DNA of 64,000 nt from Phoronis australis (GCA_002633005.1 NMRA01000172.1:297205-361204); one strand, 5' to 3'; shown: positions 37,001 to 52,000, counted from the stretch's first letter. Translations and numbers: made by a program. The notes: generated from the sequence alone by a model not told the origin.

Positions 37001-40000
37001 TTGTCTCACTTAGGGTATCTTACTTCAGTGATATTTTGTCATGCATTTTGTGTAAGGTATTATCTAATTTGCGTTCGATCAAACTCTACCCATATCACGA
37101 ATCCTTGTAGTTGGCTTCTTCAAACCACAATGGAAGCCCGATCACAACCAAACGTCGCAAGGTGACGATCAGTGAAACCCATCGCCGCATCAACAACGGT
37201 GGAACTAATACAATGGCTGACAAGGAATACACGATCCCCCAATCTGGCATTTTAACTTTGGACATTTTCCCCGAGCTGAACGACGAACAGATTATCATGG
37301 AGGTGATGAGCTGGCTAAGTAGGCAATCTGAACGCAATTGCGGAAATATCTTTTTGAAATATTAATATTCAGTGCACGGACCATAAGCGGATCCACGGGA
37401 GGGATTTGAGGAGTCCGGAGCCTCTGTTTGGTCAAATCGGCCATCAAACATGGGGCAATAGACGGTTTCTAGTTTTCATTCGGTAGACCTCCGCTTTTGT
37501 AAAAAAAAATGGATCCGCAATTATGCAAGGCAAGTTCCAGTTTTTAAGTCGGCTTTCCAATCCCTTATTTATAGCTAGGAGAACACTCAAACGCTTCGGC
37601 CACTTATCAAGTGGTGATTTTCCCTGTTTATTACACTTGTTTCTCGAAATAGATATTCTGGATAAAAGCAATAGAGTGCAACGTTTAGTGAAAAAATGAC
37701 ACATTAAAAAAAACTGTGTTTTACTCTTCCTTTATGATGTTACATATATGTGTGCTTCGATTGTTCTTTCTCATCTTTTATGAATTAAAACGAACACTTT
37801 AGCAAATTAATTAAGATTGAAGTAATAAATCTTGGACTTCACTCTCCTAGCGTCCAGTTAAGACAATTTAAAAGACTTATGGGGCACCTAAGAACTTCAA
37901 AGAACTTCCCTTGAAACCTTTATGACCCAGATGCGATTACATTGCTTTCAACGAACCGTTGCCTAATTATAGATTTAGTTTTATTAGTTATGTCGCATAC
38001 TAATTTGTTAGCTCTATCTGTCAACAACGTGTCATCTGCCTGCTGTCTTCCAGACACCAGATTATTACTTCGTTTTGCACTGAAGATTTCGTTTGTTCTA
38101 GGCTCGCTATGAAGATACGTCATTTCGCTACAAGATGCAGGCTTATCGCCAATATTCACCCACAGATTCCTTCATACAGATTACGTCATCCACCACCAAT
38201 CCTACGGTTAGTTGCACCTGTACGGCGATGTATGTTTTTTACACATCCAAACATTGAGCATTTTTCGTGAGTCCTGAATTACGACAGCTACTGCTAAAAT
38301 GTACCCAAGACCAGCTTCACCTATTTCGTGTACATTTGAATGGTAAAATTACATTTAGTGACTTTGCCAGTGTCTATCGTCACTCTATATAGAATGCCGA
38401 AACAAAGAAAACGTCTTGCCAGTTTGGCGAGGTCACGCAAGAACACATAAAACCACGCGGTGTTTCGCGAGTTAGCTCGAAACATGGGATAGCAACATGC
38501 CCGCCATTGAAGTGATGGTGGCAAGGCTGGAATGTTGAATTATTTGGAAAATTTATGGTTTCCGCTCGGTAAACAAGTGTTTTGCGAAAAACTTGCGAAA
38601 AAGATAGCGCAAGGCAACGCAAAATCACGACCAGTGAAAGTCGAGTGCTTCTGATCCATAAGCAAAGATTTCTTTCAGCAAAAGCGTAACACATCCGAAG
38701 ACCGGACTTCTGTTTTAGTCACTACAGAGGACACCACAGCAGATTGCTATTTTTAAAAACAAGAAACTCACTGTGATCCAAAAGAGATAACACAACTTGT
38801 TTGTTTTATATTCTTCAGGTAAACGAATTCATGGTATTCACAGTATCAACAAACACGCACGTTAATCAGATACATTATATGGTAAGTGTGTAAACGATTT
38901 ACTGTGCCCCGTTACCACTAAAGTATTTGGATAAAATTAATGTTTTGTTTGGTATTTTGTGGCATCAGGCAATGCTCCACACTCCTGACAGTACTTACAG
39001 GTGAATTATTCACCATGAACCCTTCGTAGCTCCTGATACCTCCATGCTATCTTTATAGTTACGCGTTTGACGTCACAATATGTTGCCTATTGCTATACGC
39101 AGCCTGTATTTCCTCCTAATTTACCCCTGATAAAAATCAAATCCCTCTGAAAGATCGGATCTGGTTGAATTTGTACCTTCCATGTACATTTTTAGAATTT
39201 TTGTTCACTGAGTAATAACAATATTTATAACATTGTCAATGCTGTTGTTAACATTGTTATCCTTTTTAAATTGTAGGTCGTGGCTGCCGGTAACATTGTC
39301 CTCACAGACACACTTTCAATGACTTCTCGTCACAAGACGTTTTCAGTCGCTCTCTCACGTGACATGGTACCCAGCGCTCGCATTCTTGTCTATTTTGTTC
39401 ACGTGACCACCGGAGAGGTGGTTGCAGACAGCATGAATTTCTACGTGGAAGCAACAACTTTAAACAAAGTAAGGCCATCACTGCTTACAACTGTTTCTTG
39501 TAAATGAGTTTAGGTATCTGTTTTACATGAAATTGTATGCATTATGCTCAAGTTTGCAGAAAGCAGGGAAGAGAACTATCTCTATTAGCAAAATATCAAC
39601 AAGCAACTATAAGTGCCTGTTTTGTATAAATGACAGCTGCAAAAATTGCAAATTGTAAAAGCGACCAAAGTCGTCTCAGTGCTGGATAGTTTCATGAAAT
39701 CCGATGATTTGTTTTCAGGTTAGTGTCAAGCTGAACCGGGGCAAGGACTTCAGCGGCAACACTGTCGAGGTCCAAGCCACTAGCGATCCTGGCGCCTTCG
39801 TCTGCTTGTCTGCCATTGAGTACTACCCATACTTCATGGGGATTAACAACGCAATCACTGAAGAAATGGTAAAACGTTTGTCTCCTAGTTCTGTCATCTT
39901 TTCTTTATTTTGATGCTGAAAAGTTAGGACCTAGCAATGACCAAACGTAACCGAGCTGGAATGAAAAAAGCATCTTCCAGGATGAGGTTTGATTTAATTT

Positions 40001-43000
40001 AAATGTTACTTTGCAAATGATTACGATATCGCTTAGCGCCGTCAAAACTTGTTTTCTATTATGGAGCCTTTATTTCTCGCTACTAAAATTTTGTAACAAT
40101 CATAAATTTGTTGAGGTTCTTGTCAAATTGTTTATACTCCTACAATTTGGCTGTAGCTACCTTGATGTCTGAATATATACAAGGAAAAAAAATCCCCGGC
40201 GTTGCGCAGCCGCCCAGGGTTTCTGTGACGAAATACTTCATTGTCAACTTTGGCAAGAAACTTGGTAGTTTGATATTTATTTTTAGGTAGTTGACGAAAT
40301 GTTCTCTTATGACGCGCACGCCAACTCCTCATTCAGTCACACGTGGCATTTACCTGAACAGCGACAAAGACGAGTCTACTACCCTTCGCCCTCCTACGCT
40401 CCGGACGCCAACAAAACTTTCGCCGTAAGATTATACCTACCCCAGTGTCTACACTATGAGTAATATATAAATGGCTTGACAAAAAAGATGCTTTAAAATT
40501 TCCTCCTTTGGTGTGCGTCACTGATAAATTATTCTGTTTTAATGTCTCACAGGATGCGATAAATGCAAAGAATTGTGGGTAATATTTTGTATACCTCCGT
40601 TATAAGTGCCAAAAACAAAATAACGCGGCGTTTTCGATTGTATGCTAATCCACCCTGTAGACTGTCATGTAGGATGCAGTAGGTATTATCAATTTCTGAA
40701 TTCAAGGCCCTTGTGGAGGAAAATAAGTACGAACTTAATTAGGAGCGTTAAATGAAAAGTTCTACACTTATGTTCAATAATATAACGAATTCAACGTAGC
40801 TCTCTCTCGATTACTATGGAAGCCAAAATTTGATTAAACAAGGAAGCTTAAACGTCACAGGGAAGGGCAATCAGTGTTTTTAGAAGTCCATAAATACGCA
40901 ACAATTTTAATGCAACAGGGCACTGGGGTTAGTAGTTTGTAGCTCGAATCTAGGGGTCATCTACTGCGAATGTGGACGAGAAACTCATGTAAGAACGCGC
41001 TCAAGCACAGACTAACAGACACTTATCTTGATTTGGCACAAATGTAGAACAAAAATGCCAAAACCAATTTCGAGCGCGATTTGGAGTGCAAAGATAAGAC
41101 TTAGATTATATTGTCACAAAACACAAACCCGTTTGGAATGCATCGGTCTAGTCTGTTAATCAATGAGAGGCCGTGCTACACGCACAGTTTTACCGAATGA
41201 GAGGCCCGTGTTACACGCACAGCGCTACTCAATGAGAGGCCGTGTTACACGCACAGCGCTACCCAATGAGAGGCCGTGCTACATGCACAGTTTTACCGAA
41301 TGAGAGGCCCGTGTTACACGCACAGCGCTACCCAATGAGAGGCCGTGTTACACGCACAGCGCTACCACTCCAACCAACAATAAAGTGTAAACGTCTCCTT
41401 GAGGTTTGTTTTAGAGATGTATACCGCGCGCAGTTCAAACGAGTGACTGTCAATATTCAAAATGTCCAAACTGCAGTATTCGTGAGTACCTGCAAGTGGG
41501 CTTGAGTTGTCTCCATAAGAGTCTTGTCTTCTAAATACTTCGTCTGATTACCTATGTCAAATTTACGATAATAATGATTTTAACTTTTAGCACGCTTTGA
41601 AGTTTAATTGCTTCTAATTGCACGGGGTAAAACTATGGACCGAATAGTCTGAACAATTGCTCCAAGAAGACGATTCACCTCCTCTAATTTAATTTATTCA
41701 ACTTAGAAGTAAGCGATTCCAACTTCTGATCTAATTGCCACTATGTAGGTCTTAAGGCCTAATATGGTTGCATGCCTTTTGTTGCAGTTTGCTGGTCTCC
41801 ATGTGTACACAGATGCAAAACTCATAGAAGTACCACGTAAGTATCAAAACATTCAACGTTCCTTTTTAACCCTAAACATGTGCCACGAAAGATTCCCAGT
41901 TTTAATCACGAGGCACCAGCTATGATCCGGCTGCAGACTACGTATAGGCCTACAATATTCCTCTTCCGTCGTATCTCGATTTGGTTAAAAGAATGCTAAA
42001 CCCTGTTTCGAGGATTTCAACCAAACCTCGCTCTGTCACGTGCTAATGCATCACTGGCGTCACACTTGAATGATAAAAACTGGATTCAAGTAAAAATTCA
42101 TATTCTCTGAGTCATAAATTGGATATTATGTTTCTTGGCGGATGGTCTTTCCCTGCAATTGTAGCGTAACTCGCTTAAAGCGTGGCCACGCTTGTCCGTT
42201 TAGCAGGCTTTGTAAGGAGTTTTCAAATTTTGCTGAAAGTTTTTAGGGTTATCGATGGTTACTGGACACTATTCTTCTTTAGAAAACTGGATGGGATAGT
42301 CGTTTTCAATATCTCTTTGTACGCTAAAACGGGTTTGGTGTCCTTTTGAGTCGGCTTTAAACCCGCGTTCTGCCCAAGAAATAAACTTTTGACTTAGTCC
42401 ACATTAAAATTGTCTTCAACTTGCTCCTTACTCAGACTGAGAGGCGATCTCTGACTTTGCAAAGAAATGGCAGTTTGTTATTCCCCGGCGCCATGCTCGG
42501 CGCATAAAATGACACGCAGGGAGACAATAAGCCAACTTGTGGAGTCTGCGTGAAAGCCACAATGAGCTCCCAGTTCTTTCAAAGTCCCAAAATAACCTTC
42601 AAATGGACGAAGCAACAATTTGAGACAAATTTAAAAACGTTATATTGTCTAAATCAAAAGCTGGCTAGAGTTTAAAGCCTCTTTATCGGAGACACAAATA
42701 TTCAGATTTAGATGGCATCACATTCATCTTTCTGAAATGAGTTTTATAAAGTCAAATTTGAACTTAAAGTTGAAAGTCAAGATTTGTTGAGTAAAACGCA
42801 ACTTCCTCATAATATTCCTGCAACATTTGTTGCTGAACGTGTTTTTCGAACACCGTCATCGTAATGTTTTGTGCCACAGATAAATGTAACTTCACTCTCG
42901 GAGAGCTGCCGTGCTGGCACGGCGAATGCTACAGAAATCACACGCGGTGTAATGGAGTCTTCGACTGCAAGAGAGATGGCGCTGATGAGTTTGGATGTAA

Positions 43001-46000
43001 GTTTGCTGTAAAAAATGTAAATGATTTGTACTCTATTTTGACAGATATTATGCTAAGTCTAGTGTTCAATAAATGCATGTAAACCCAACACTTTGCGTCA
43101 AAGCTGTTGAACTAACAGACCTAAGTTTTCAAAATCCGATTGTTTTGCAGTATTACAGGAAGATAAGTTTGTCAATGTTGTCACAAAAGCCCTGTTTTTA
43201 ATTTACTTCAGGTGAGAAAAAACCAACTAAAGCCCTCGATTCCATATTTTGGAAGAGTAAATATGCATCGTATCATTTCCTTGACTACGACTGGATGTGG
43301 AAAGGCTCGTATACAAAGTAAGAAAGAAAGAGATATTAGTAAGAATTTTAGTCACGTGACCTAGATTTAAGTCTCAACAAATCTCTGTAGCTACCGAACT
43401 TAATTCTAGATCACGTGATATGACCAACATAAGGCGAGCGCTAAATGTGCACTTAATTAACAGACTTTATCGTTTCATAATTTTACATTTTTATGATTAT
43501 ATGAACTTAGAGTGCACGAGAAGCAACGCGTTATTGCAGTATGAGCTCAAGAGTACAGTAGTTTTGATTATATATCTTGTAGTTGAAACATTCTTGTTGT
43601 CCTCGCACCCTATGCTAAGCCGCGTGCCTGTTGTGTGTCTAACGAGCGGAGCCGACGTCCCGATTTACGTGCATGTTGCTTTTTCACTGTAATAGCTGTC
43701 TACTAGTTCACATCCTACCAGAAGAGGCGTAATGTCATTATGCAAAGACGCCATCTTGCTCTGTGAAAAACATAACCCAAATACCATGGAAAACTTCTTC
43801 ATTGTAATTAGTGTTAATATTGTCACCCTGTTCTTTATCCACAGACCAGATGGACGTATTGACATTCAAGTAGATGTTCCAACATACCCGGGATGGTGGG
43901 CAATTAATGCTTTTGCCATTAGCCGCAACAAAGGCCTTGGAATCCTGCAAAGACCAGCACTAGTAAGAGACTGCTTTCTTTATGAGGCCTTTCAAAAAGT
44001 TGTCACGGAATTGAGGTTGCGATAAATTCTAGTAAAATTCTTATGACTGATACATGGAATGTTTTCAAACACCGTGTGGTCTTTAACTCTCATGATTTAA
44101 CTGTAAAACAACATAGGCGGATTTAGGGGGGGGGGGCTATGCACATCTACAATTGTGGTTCACTTTGCGCAAATGCTTACAGCCGGACAAAATGTTGGGC
44201 CCCCACCTTGTGATATCCTAGATCCGCCACTGAACAATGTACTATTCAGATAAGGACTAGTCAGTGAGAAACCAGGCCTAGACACACAGGTGAAGTGGCA
44301 CTGTACTTGTCCCTTAGTTCCTCTAGCACCTACCTTCCCAAACATTTTTTTTCTGTGAGCTGCCTGCGCATAATCTTCGGAAATGCTTAAAAAATCCAAT
44401 GAAGACGTGCACACAAGTGAAACACGCTAATAGTCATTTATGTCTGCACCAACAAAATATTACAGAAATGTTCCTGTAGTGGAGCCTAAGTAAAGTTGGT
44501 AATACCTATTCCAGTATGACGGTACGAGGACTTTCTACATGGAGGTTGACCATGCAGAAAATGTGCGATGGGGTGAACAGGTTGGCTTCAGAGTGGCGCT
44601 GTTCAATTACTGGGATGGCGAGATTGAGGTTCTGACCTGGTTGCACAAGTCGCCCGACTACGACTTTGTTATTGTCGACCACGGAGGTCACGTGAACTCC
44701 TACGCTCCGCGCCTTGGAACTGGCGATATGCAATCTTTGTTTGTGGTGGGTCTTTCCTGCAGTGAAACATTTCATTAAATTAAATCCATTTTGATAAACT
44801 TTTAACACCAACTGTGGCCTGATTCTCATTCAGTTTGTGCATTTATTTTATTTGCAAAATAGAAGTTAATATTATTCGATTTCTGACAAAGAATGAGGAG
44901 CTGGTATTAAATTAAACATGTTTAGTGATATTTAACGTTCTTTCTCGCTCTGTGTTACACTGGTTCTCGGATACTTTGTGAACTTCGATCAGAAGGTTCC
45001 ACTTATGATGCTTTCTCGAGGCATTCGGGTGGTCGGTCGTACCCGGCAGTGTGAAAAATTTGATTATTTCGGAGCATGTTACTTAGATAATAATTATATG
45101 GCAGGAGGAAACCTTCCCATTATAAATAATTTAAAGACCGGATTTCCGTGCAATGAACTCGAATGTGAATTCAACGATGCTACCTAGTTCCGGTCGTAGA
45201 TTGGCGTATTGTGGTCGTCAGGTATATTCACTTGTTGTACAGATGGTGAAAGACAGTTGTTGCATGACAGTGTTGTCACATGGAGATGCTTGTATCTATG
45301 GAGGAAAATTTCCGTGAATAGTTATGTATATACTCCGAATGTGTCTAAACTTTCAGATCAAACCTGGAACGTCTCGCTACGTGTTTTTCCCTGTTCTTCC
45401 CAAGAAGATGGGCTCTATCGATGTCACCATAAGTGCCTTTTGCTTTGCTGGAGCAGAGACTGTCACTAAAACTATCAATGTGCGGGTATGTATAGGATAC
45501 AGCAAGATATCTTTACACTCATGTCCCCGATGTAATGGAGGCTTTTTAAACTGTTATTAGTCAAATCCACTATACACATCCATGGGCGCACCCGGGGGGA
45601 CTCGGGGGCTCGAACGAGCCCCCAATTTGACGAATTGGACAAAAAGCTCCGCTTCAATGAAACAAAAAGTCCAAGCAAACGAGACAAAAGTCCACAAAGT
45701 TCACAGGAATTCGGCGCGGATGTACAATTCGTAAGCCTGAACCTAGTGGTCCCGTTTTTTTAGTCCTCGTTGATTTTTTTCAGTAGAAGTTACGTGAACC
45801 GAAAAATTCGAGCCCCCCTAAATTTTAGGCTGGGTACGCGCATGACATCTATCAATTAAATATTCACATTAAGATGCGACAATAATAAGCATGAAAATTT
45901 AACCTACACTCATTCTTCACAAGTTTGCAGTTTGTTTACAATTATAAACTTGAAAGTATTGCATGCAGTGGTGTATTTTTGAATACACATATACGAAATT

Positions 46001-49000
46001 GTAAAAGCTTTTTAAAAAGTTCTATCCATGACCTATTATTTCAAGAGGTTGTTTCGAGAATGAAAAGATTAAGATTAAAATTAAAAAGGTAGTAAACGTG
46101 TACTTTGACACCAGCCGAATCCCTTTTGTGACACTCTAGGTGAACGTCTGCTTTCCATCATTTCAGGATAGTACTAATCACAATAGCAAGTAGGAATTAC
46201 AATAGCAATTTTGAATAAAATCTCTAAAACATGTCTTAGTATCCTTTTAAATGTCTAAGTATTTAGATCACGGTTTACAAAAATAGGGTCAAGACGTTCA
46301 TGGTTGACTGTGATTCGAATGTTCCTGGGAGACGTTCATGAGTGTATGTTCTCCTGATTGTAATTCTGAATAAGAAAACAATTAGGAAGTGTAAACATCA
46401 ACACATCACGTGCCCAAACAATGGATACAATAAAAGTTCAGTAACCATAAAAGTGATGCTCAGTTCTACAAGCGTGACGTCGCGGCATTTGGTATTTTTT
46501 GCAGCCGAACGGCGTGAGGAATTACTATCACACTCCTTTTTTACTGGATCTGTTGAACACGGGGTCATTGATCCTGCCAGAGTTCAACATTTCAATTCCC
46601 GCCGACTTCATCCAGCCCGAGACTTCCTGGCACTTGTTCGTACCTGGCTCACAGAAGGTAGTCGTCAGTGCTGTGGGTAAGTATTTACACCCACTGACGA
46701 AACGCCGTCGAGATAGTAACTTTACCCATGTTTCTTAAAACAAACCTAGAAATCTCTTACTATCTGAGTAAAAAAACATTTGAGATCAAATTTATATCGG
46801 TAAGTGACCTAAATCGAAAGTTCGCTTCTTGGTCAGAACGCATGTTTATACTTGCTGCAGTAGGCCAAAACCTGGTTCAGTGTCCCTTCAAATGCAATTA
46901 ACACTCGTTTTTGGTCAACACAGGTGACGTCATCGGTCCTGGACTTTTTGAGGACTACATTACGTCACAAGAAGTGGTAGATGAACCGTACGCGTGCGGC
47001 GAGCAAACACTGTTCAACTTCGGGTATATGCTGTACACAGTGAAATACTTAAAGGAGACAAGCCAGTTACCTGACGACCTTAGAATAAAGACACTGAAAA
47101 GTCTCAACATTGGTAAGTTTGTTACATCAAGCCTTAGATTCTTTAGATTAACATACTAGAAATTATCCCATACGCGTTGAATCTGTAGAGGGAAATACGG
47201 CCACGTATTAAAGTTTTCCATATTCACCTCCTGCACTACTTCAACAGTGACCTCTGACATGGAAAGTTAAAAAGGTAGGTCAATGTCGACTCGACGTCGT
47301 TAACCGGTTCGATCACCAAATTTTCGGAAAATAGTTTAAAGTAATACAATTATAACAGTGTAAATAACGCTCAACATACAACCAGGTCTCAATCGTAACA
47401 TCTGGAACAGCACTGTTAATTTTATGACAGTTCTGCATCAGTTTTTATTTGCTCAATATTTTATCGTCTGCAACTCATGCGGCAAACCACGGTAAATACG
47501 ATATCAAATATTGTCGTTATTTAACTATTTTCTGTAGATGTTACAAGTTCAGTGAAAAGTTACCCTTGTTTTCATCTTTGTTCTCTCTTTTCAAGTAATA
47601 AATCGTCACATTTAAAACTGTTTCTTTTACTAGAGAAAACTTGTAGCCTAACGCGCAAGTACATACATATAGGATGTGATCATGTGTTGCTGGAAGGGTC
47701 GTCGTTGCTGCTCGTGTAATACTGTCGCCGATAGTATCGGGTGCTGCCATGGCCAGTGACACTAATAATGTTTGATATTGGCGAGTGTCTTATAATTAAC
47801 AGTTTTGTTCTTGATTTTACGTTTGGGGCCTGGTTGCATGTCGAGTGTTCTTTACACTGCTTCAACTTTATCAGTTACTTTAAACTATGTTCGGAAAGTT
47901 TGATTATCGAACCGGCTAAAGACATCGAGTCGACATTGACCTATCTTTTGAACTTTCCATGTCAGAGTTCATTGTTGAAGTAGTGCGGGAGGTGAATACG
48001 GAAAAGTTTATTACTTGGCCCTATTTCGCTCGACAGATTCAACACGTATGGGATAAATGTACTAGTTATGGGTGGCACTAGTACTTGCATGATTACTTCA
48101 AACATATTGTAGTGGCAGCCATTTTGTGGTGTTATATAGGTGAACACCGTATTCATTAAATTTTGTATGATGTTCAAAATTCTTTGTACGGTACAAAACA
48201 TAATTGCAAGCGGTCTGGTACACGTTGTACCACGCGTGAGCAGGTCGTTCCTGTGGTGGGCCCATTGCGCTGATCACCTGGAACCATTTTTATGCTTTAT
48301 TAATACATAGGTAAAACGGAACTGAGGAGCTAGAGACCTGACACATTAGTCTAGTAGTGTTTCCCTGTGAGACTCGAACCCATGACCTTAAGTAAAGAAA
48401 GCAAACACCTATCCCACAAGGCCACACTGCCTCCTCTTTTTCTGGGAAAAAGCAAGTGCTTTGATTATGCATCCGTGAATAATTTCAAGACATGCGTGAG
48501 CTAATGAATAACGGTTTATGTTTGTTTTAGCTCTGCAGGAAGTGTACGCCTTCTTTAGACACGCAGACGCTACGTCAGGCTACATGCTAGTTTTTGAGGA
48601 CTTGAGTCCACCTAGCGTCTGGCTTACGTCCATGGCAGTGGGAACGCTACACGATGCTTTTGTGGAAGACTGGGTGGCTGACTTCTTCATCGACATAAAA
48701 ATTTTGGAGAAACTTTCTCTGTGGCTGGTCCGGCAGCAGAACACTACGGACGGACCAATGAAGGGCAGCTTTCAAGAGACTGCGGACGTGTACGACAGAA
48801 ACATGAAGTCAAATTATACCATGGTGAACGGTGTTCCGATGAAGGAAAACATAGCATTGACGGCTCATGTGGTTTTAGGCCTCCAGAAGCTTTCAAAGAT
48901 TACCTCTAGTAACGTAAGTATTAATTTCCATGTTATGGAAATCCCATACCTTATGCGTTTAGTCAATATAAATAGTCTTACAATTTGCGTGGTCGTTTGA

Positions 49001-52000
49001 CAGATACTCCTTCGCCTAGTTTACACAAAACACGTACCGTTAATGTCAGTTATAACTTGAACAATGAAAGATTTCCTCTTTGTTTTTGATACTTATTTTT
49101 CACTCAATTGCTTTACGTGAAATTGTTCGTTTGTATTTTTTGCAAAAATAAAGAGGTCCATTTTTGTGAAGTATGTTGAATTAATTGAGTTTCGAACCTT
49201 TAATGCCGATCACAAGGCTGTTTATCACTGAATTTAGGTTTAGGCATAGCACACAAATTTCGCGTTTTTTTCACTGCCACACCTTCACTGTAGGACGCAA
49301 AGAGCAGCGTAGAAGATGCCATAAAGTTGGCCATTGACTATCTAGGCCTTAAAGTGGACACCATTGAGGACCCATATACTATGGCCATTACCACTTATGC
49401 GCTTATAATGACCAATGCACCGCGGAGTAGCGGCGCGTATCAGAGGCTCAAGTCCATGAAGATTGAAAGTAAGTGTTCGCCTGTTACATAATGATAATTC
49501 TCTCGCCTCATTTTTGTTCATAAAATGAATTTTAGCACAAATTAGTTCAGTCAAATCGCATTATCCAAAATAATGTCCATTCAGCAGAATTCAAATATTT
49601 TCAAACTTAGCTAAATTTAATATGAAAATTTAGTTTGAATCAGTTTTTATATTTATATGGCGTACCACCACCTGAAATGGCCGCCATAGTGAGTGGCAGC
49701 TGACATATGCATTATGGGTACTCACTCAACTATCGTTATATTTAATGAGATTTCCGAGGAAACCCCGCCCACTTATATGTTTTTTCATGCTCAGTCGAAT
49801 GAACATAGAGCAAAAACCATTTTTCACCATCTTGTTTCAATTCAGTTATTTCTGCATCACAGTAACTCCACTTCTTTGATGTCACATCATGCATAATTGA
49901 ACCTTTTAAAGTATAAAATCCTGTTCATAATTCAAATCTATGCTAGTTACGCCAAAGGTTAGCTAAATGAATTCCATTGAAAGGATACGTGCTGACCCTG
50001 AACCATGTTTGATGAAAACGAGCGCGTGGATTTGAAGCTCGAGCTTGAAACGTGAAAGTGCTAGTGACGTCATCTTTGCGTAATTCATCTCCGTTTTTGA
50101 TACCGTTATTCCTCATTCATTGATAAACAGAACCCTACGCGAAAAATTAAAATCTACCTGTTGTTGGTGACAAGCATGCTTTTGTTGTGAGAAAAAAGTG
50201 ACAGAAAAACCGGAAAACACACCAAATCCATAAAAGAGTTGGGCTAACTTACATCCAAAAGTAAACTTTATAGTGCGCATGAAACGATTTTTGTCAATTT
50301 ATCAAATTTGGATTTCTCTTTGTCCAACTTTCCTTTCTCTGTACAAGATTTCCTTTTTTTCTTTGTCCAATTTTCTTTCTTTGCGCAACAAATTAAAAAA
50401 ATACATGTGTCACACCTCCGGCACCCTAGAAGCTGTGCTCCTGTAGCTATAACTACACACATACAGGTGTTTGGGCCAAATAAGGTAGGTTGACAAAAAT
50501 CTCGACGAAATTTCAAGAAGACATATGTGTTTGTGCAGGAGAGTACGACTACTGGTCTCCCAAAGAAATCCAGCCTAATCCTTCTGCTACCATCAACACT
50601 ATTGAGTATTTAGACCCAAGAGTTTGGCAAGATGGAGAATCCACCGCTGTCGCGGCCACGTCTTACGCGTTGATGTCTTACATACGGGTGGGGGAGCGAG
50701 ATGAAGGCGCTATTATAATGAAATGGATTCAGACCATGCGAAATTTCAAAGCCGGATTTTCTGCCACTGCTGTAAGTATTGTGAAAGGCTCTTGCTTACC
50801 AGGTATTCGTTTAATTATCAGCACGGAAATGTCTCCCACATTCCCGCGGGTTCTGTTGTGCATTGATTTTATTGACTTTTTTACCCAAGGACGAAACCTC
50901 TGCATGCTATACTTCTAATTCACGGGCGGACATTAAAATCCAAAGCGAGGCTCAATGCGATAAACAAAGCAGAATGTGACACGTGATTGACAGGTGCAAT
51001 TAACAACCAGTATAAAAAGTGCTGGCAACACAAATATTAACAAGAACATTTCATTGCAGGATTCTCTCCTGGCTCTTAACGCGCTGATCGCGTACGCAAA
51101 GGGCGACACGGACCGCACCAGTTATAACATTAAAATCACGGTGGGCACTCGAGACTTCACCCAGACTCTGGATTTTCCTTCAGACAAGTTTTCGTTAGAA
51201 CAACAGCTCGAGGTAAACTGTCTTAATTATCACACATCTACATACGTACATGTTTATTGAATCTATTTTAGAACTGTTTTTGTAGAATAAGAAGACAAAA
51301 TATGTTTCAAAATTGAATGACATCATTAAACTGGGAATATCCCATTAATTAATCCAGGTATGAAAGAAAACGTGCATTGTTACTCTCTAAGCGTTTTCCA
51401 CATGATTTCAGTGGCGGATTTTGATGAGCAGCAAAGCACGGCGAAACCGCGATAACTCGTATTAATTGTTGAATTGGAACCAATAAACTGTCCTGAATTG
51501 AATGTTTCCCGAAAGTACTTAATAAACTGTTGATAACACTTACGGAGGAAACAAGAATTCTACTTATAAACAAAAATACGCGGCTAGAGTTCAAGAGCTG
51601 TCTCACGGCGTGAAAAATCTCATCAAAATCAGGTGATGTCCTTGAGATTGCACGGTAATATCTTGCAGAATCTCGCGTGCTTGTTCCTGAAATGAAGCTT
51701 ACTTGTATTGATTAAATAACAATTTTTTGATATGGAGTTTACTTTGTAGCTGCCGGTCCAGTTTGGTAGTGTAAAGATCTCTGCGCAAGGTTCTGGTCTG
51801 GCTCTAGTTCAGGTGAGTGAACTTCTGACTCTCGCTAAGATTACAGCAGTATCATTGTCAGTTGTGTTGAAGCTGTAAGTAATCTGTAAGGGGTGTATGA
51901 TACTAGTTTAGAATTTATCCACGTGGCTATGCCCAATTCTTCAGGTGATTATTGATAATTGAAAATACATTACTACCCATGGTATAATGTTTTAAAATTT

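Noticed and set aside
48363-48433. Possible tRNA gene on the minus strand
   Set aside because: A and B boxes are present but acceptor and anticodon stems do not pair; kept only as a SINE remnant.
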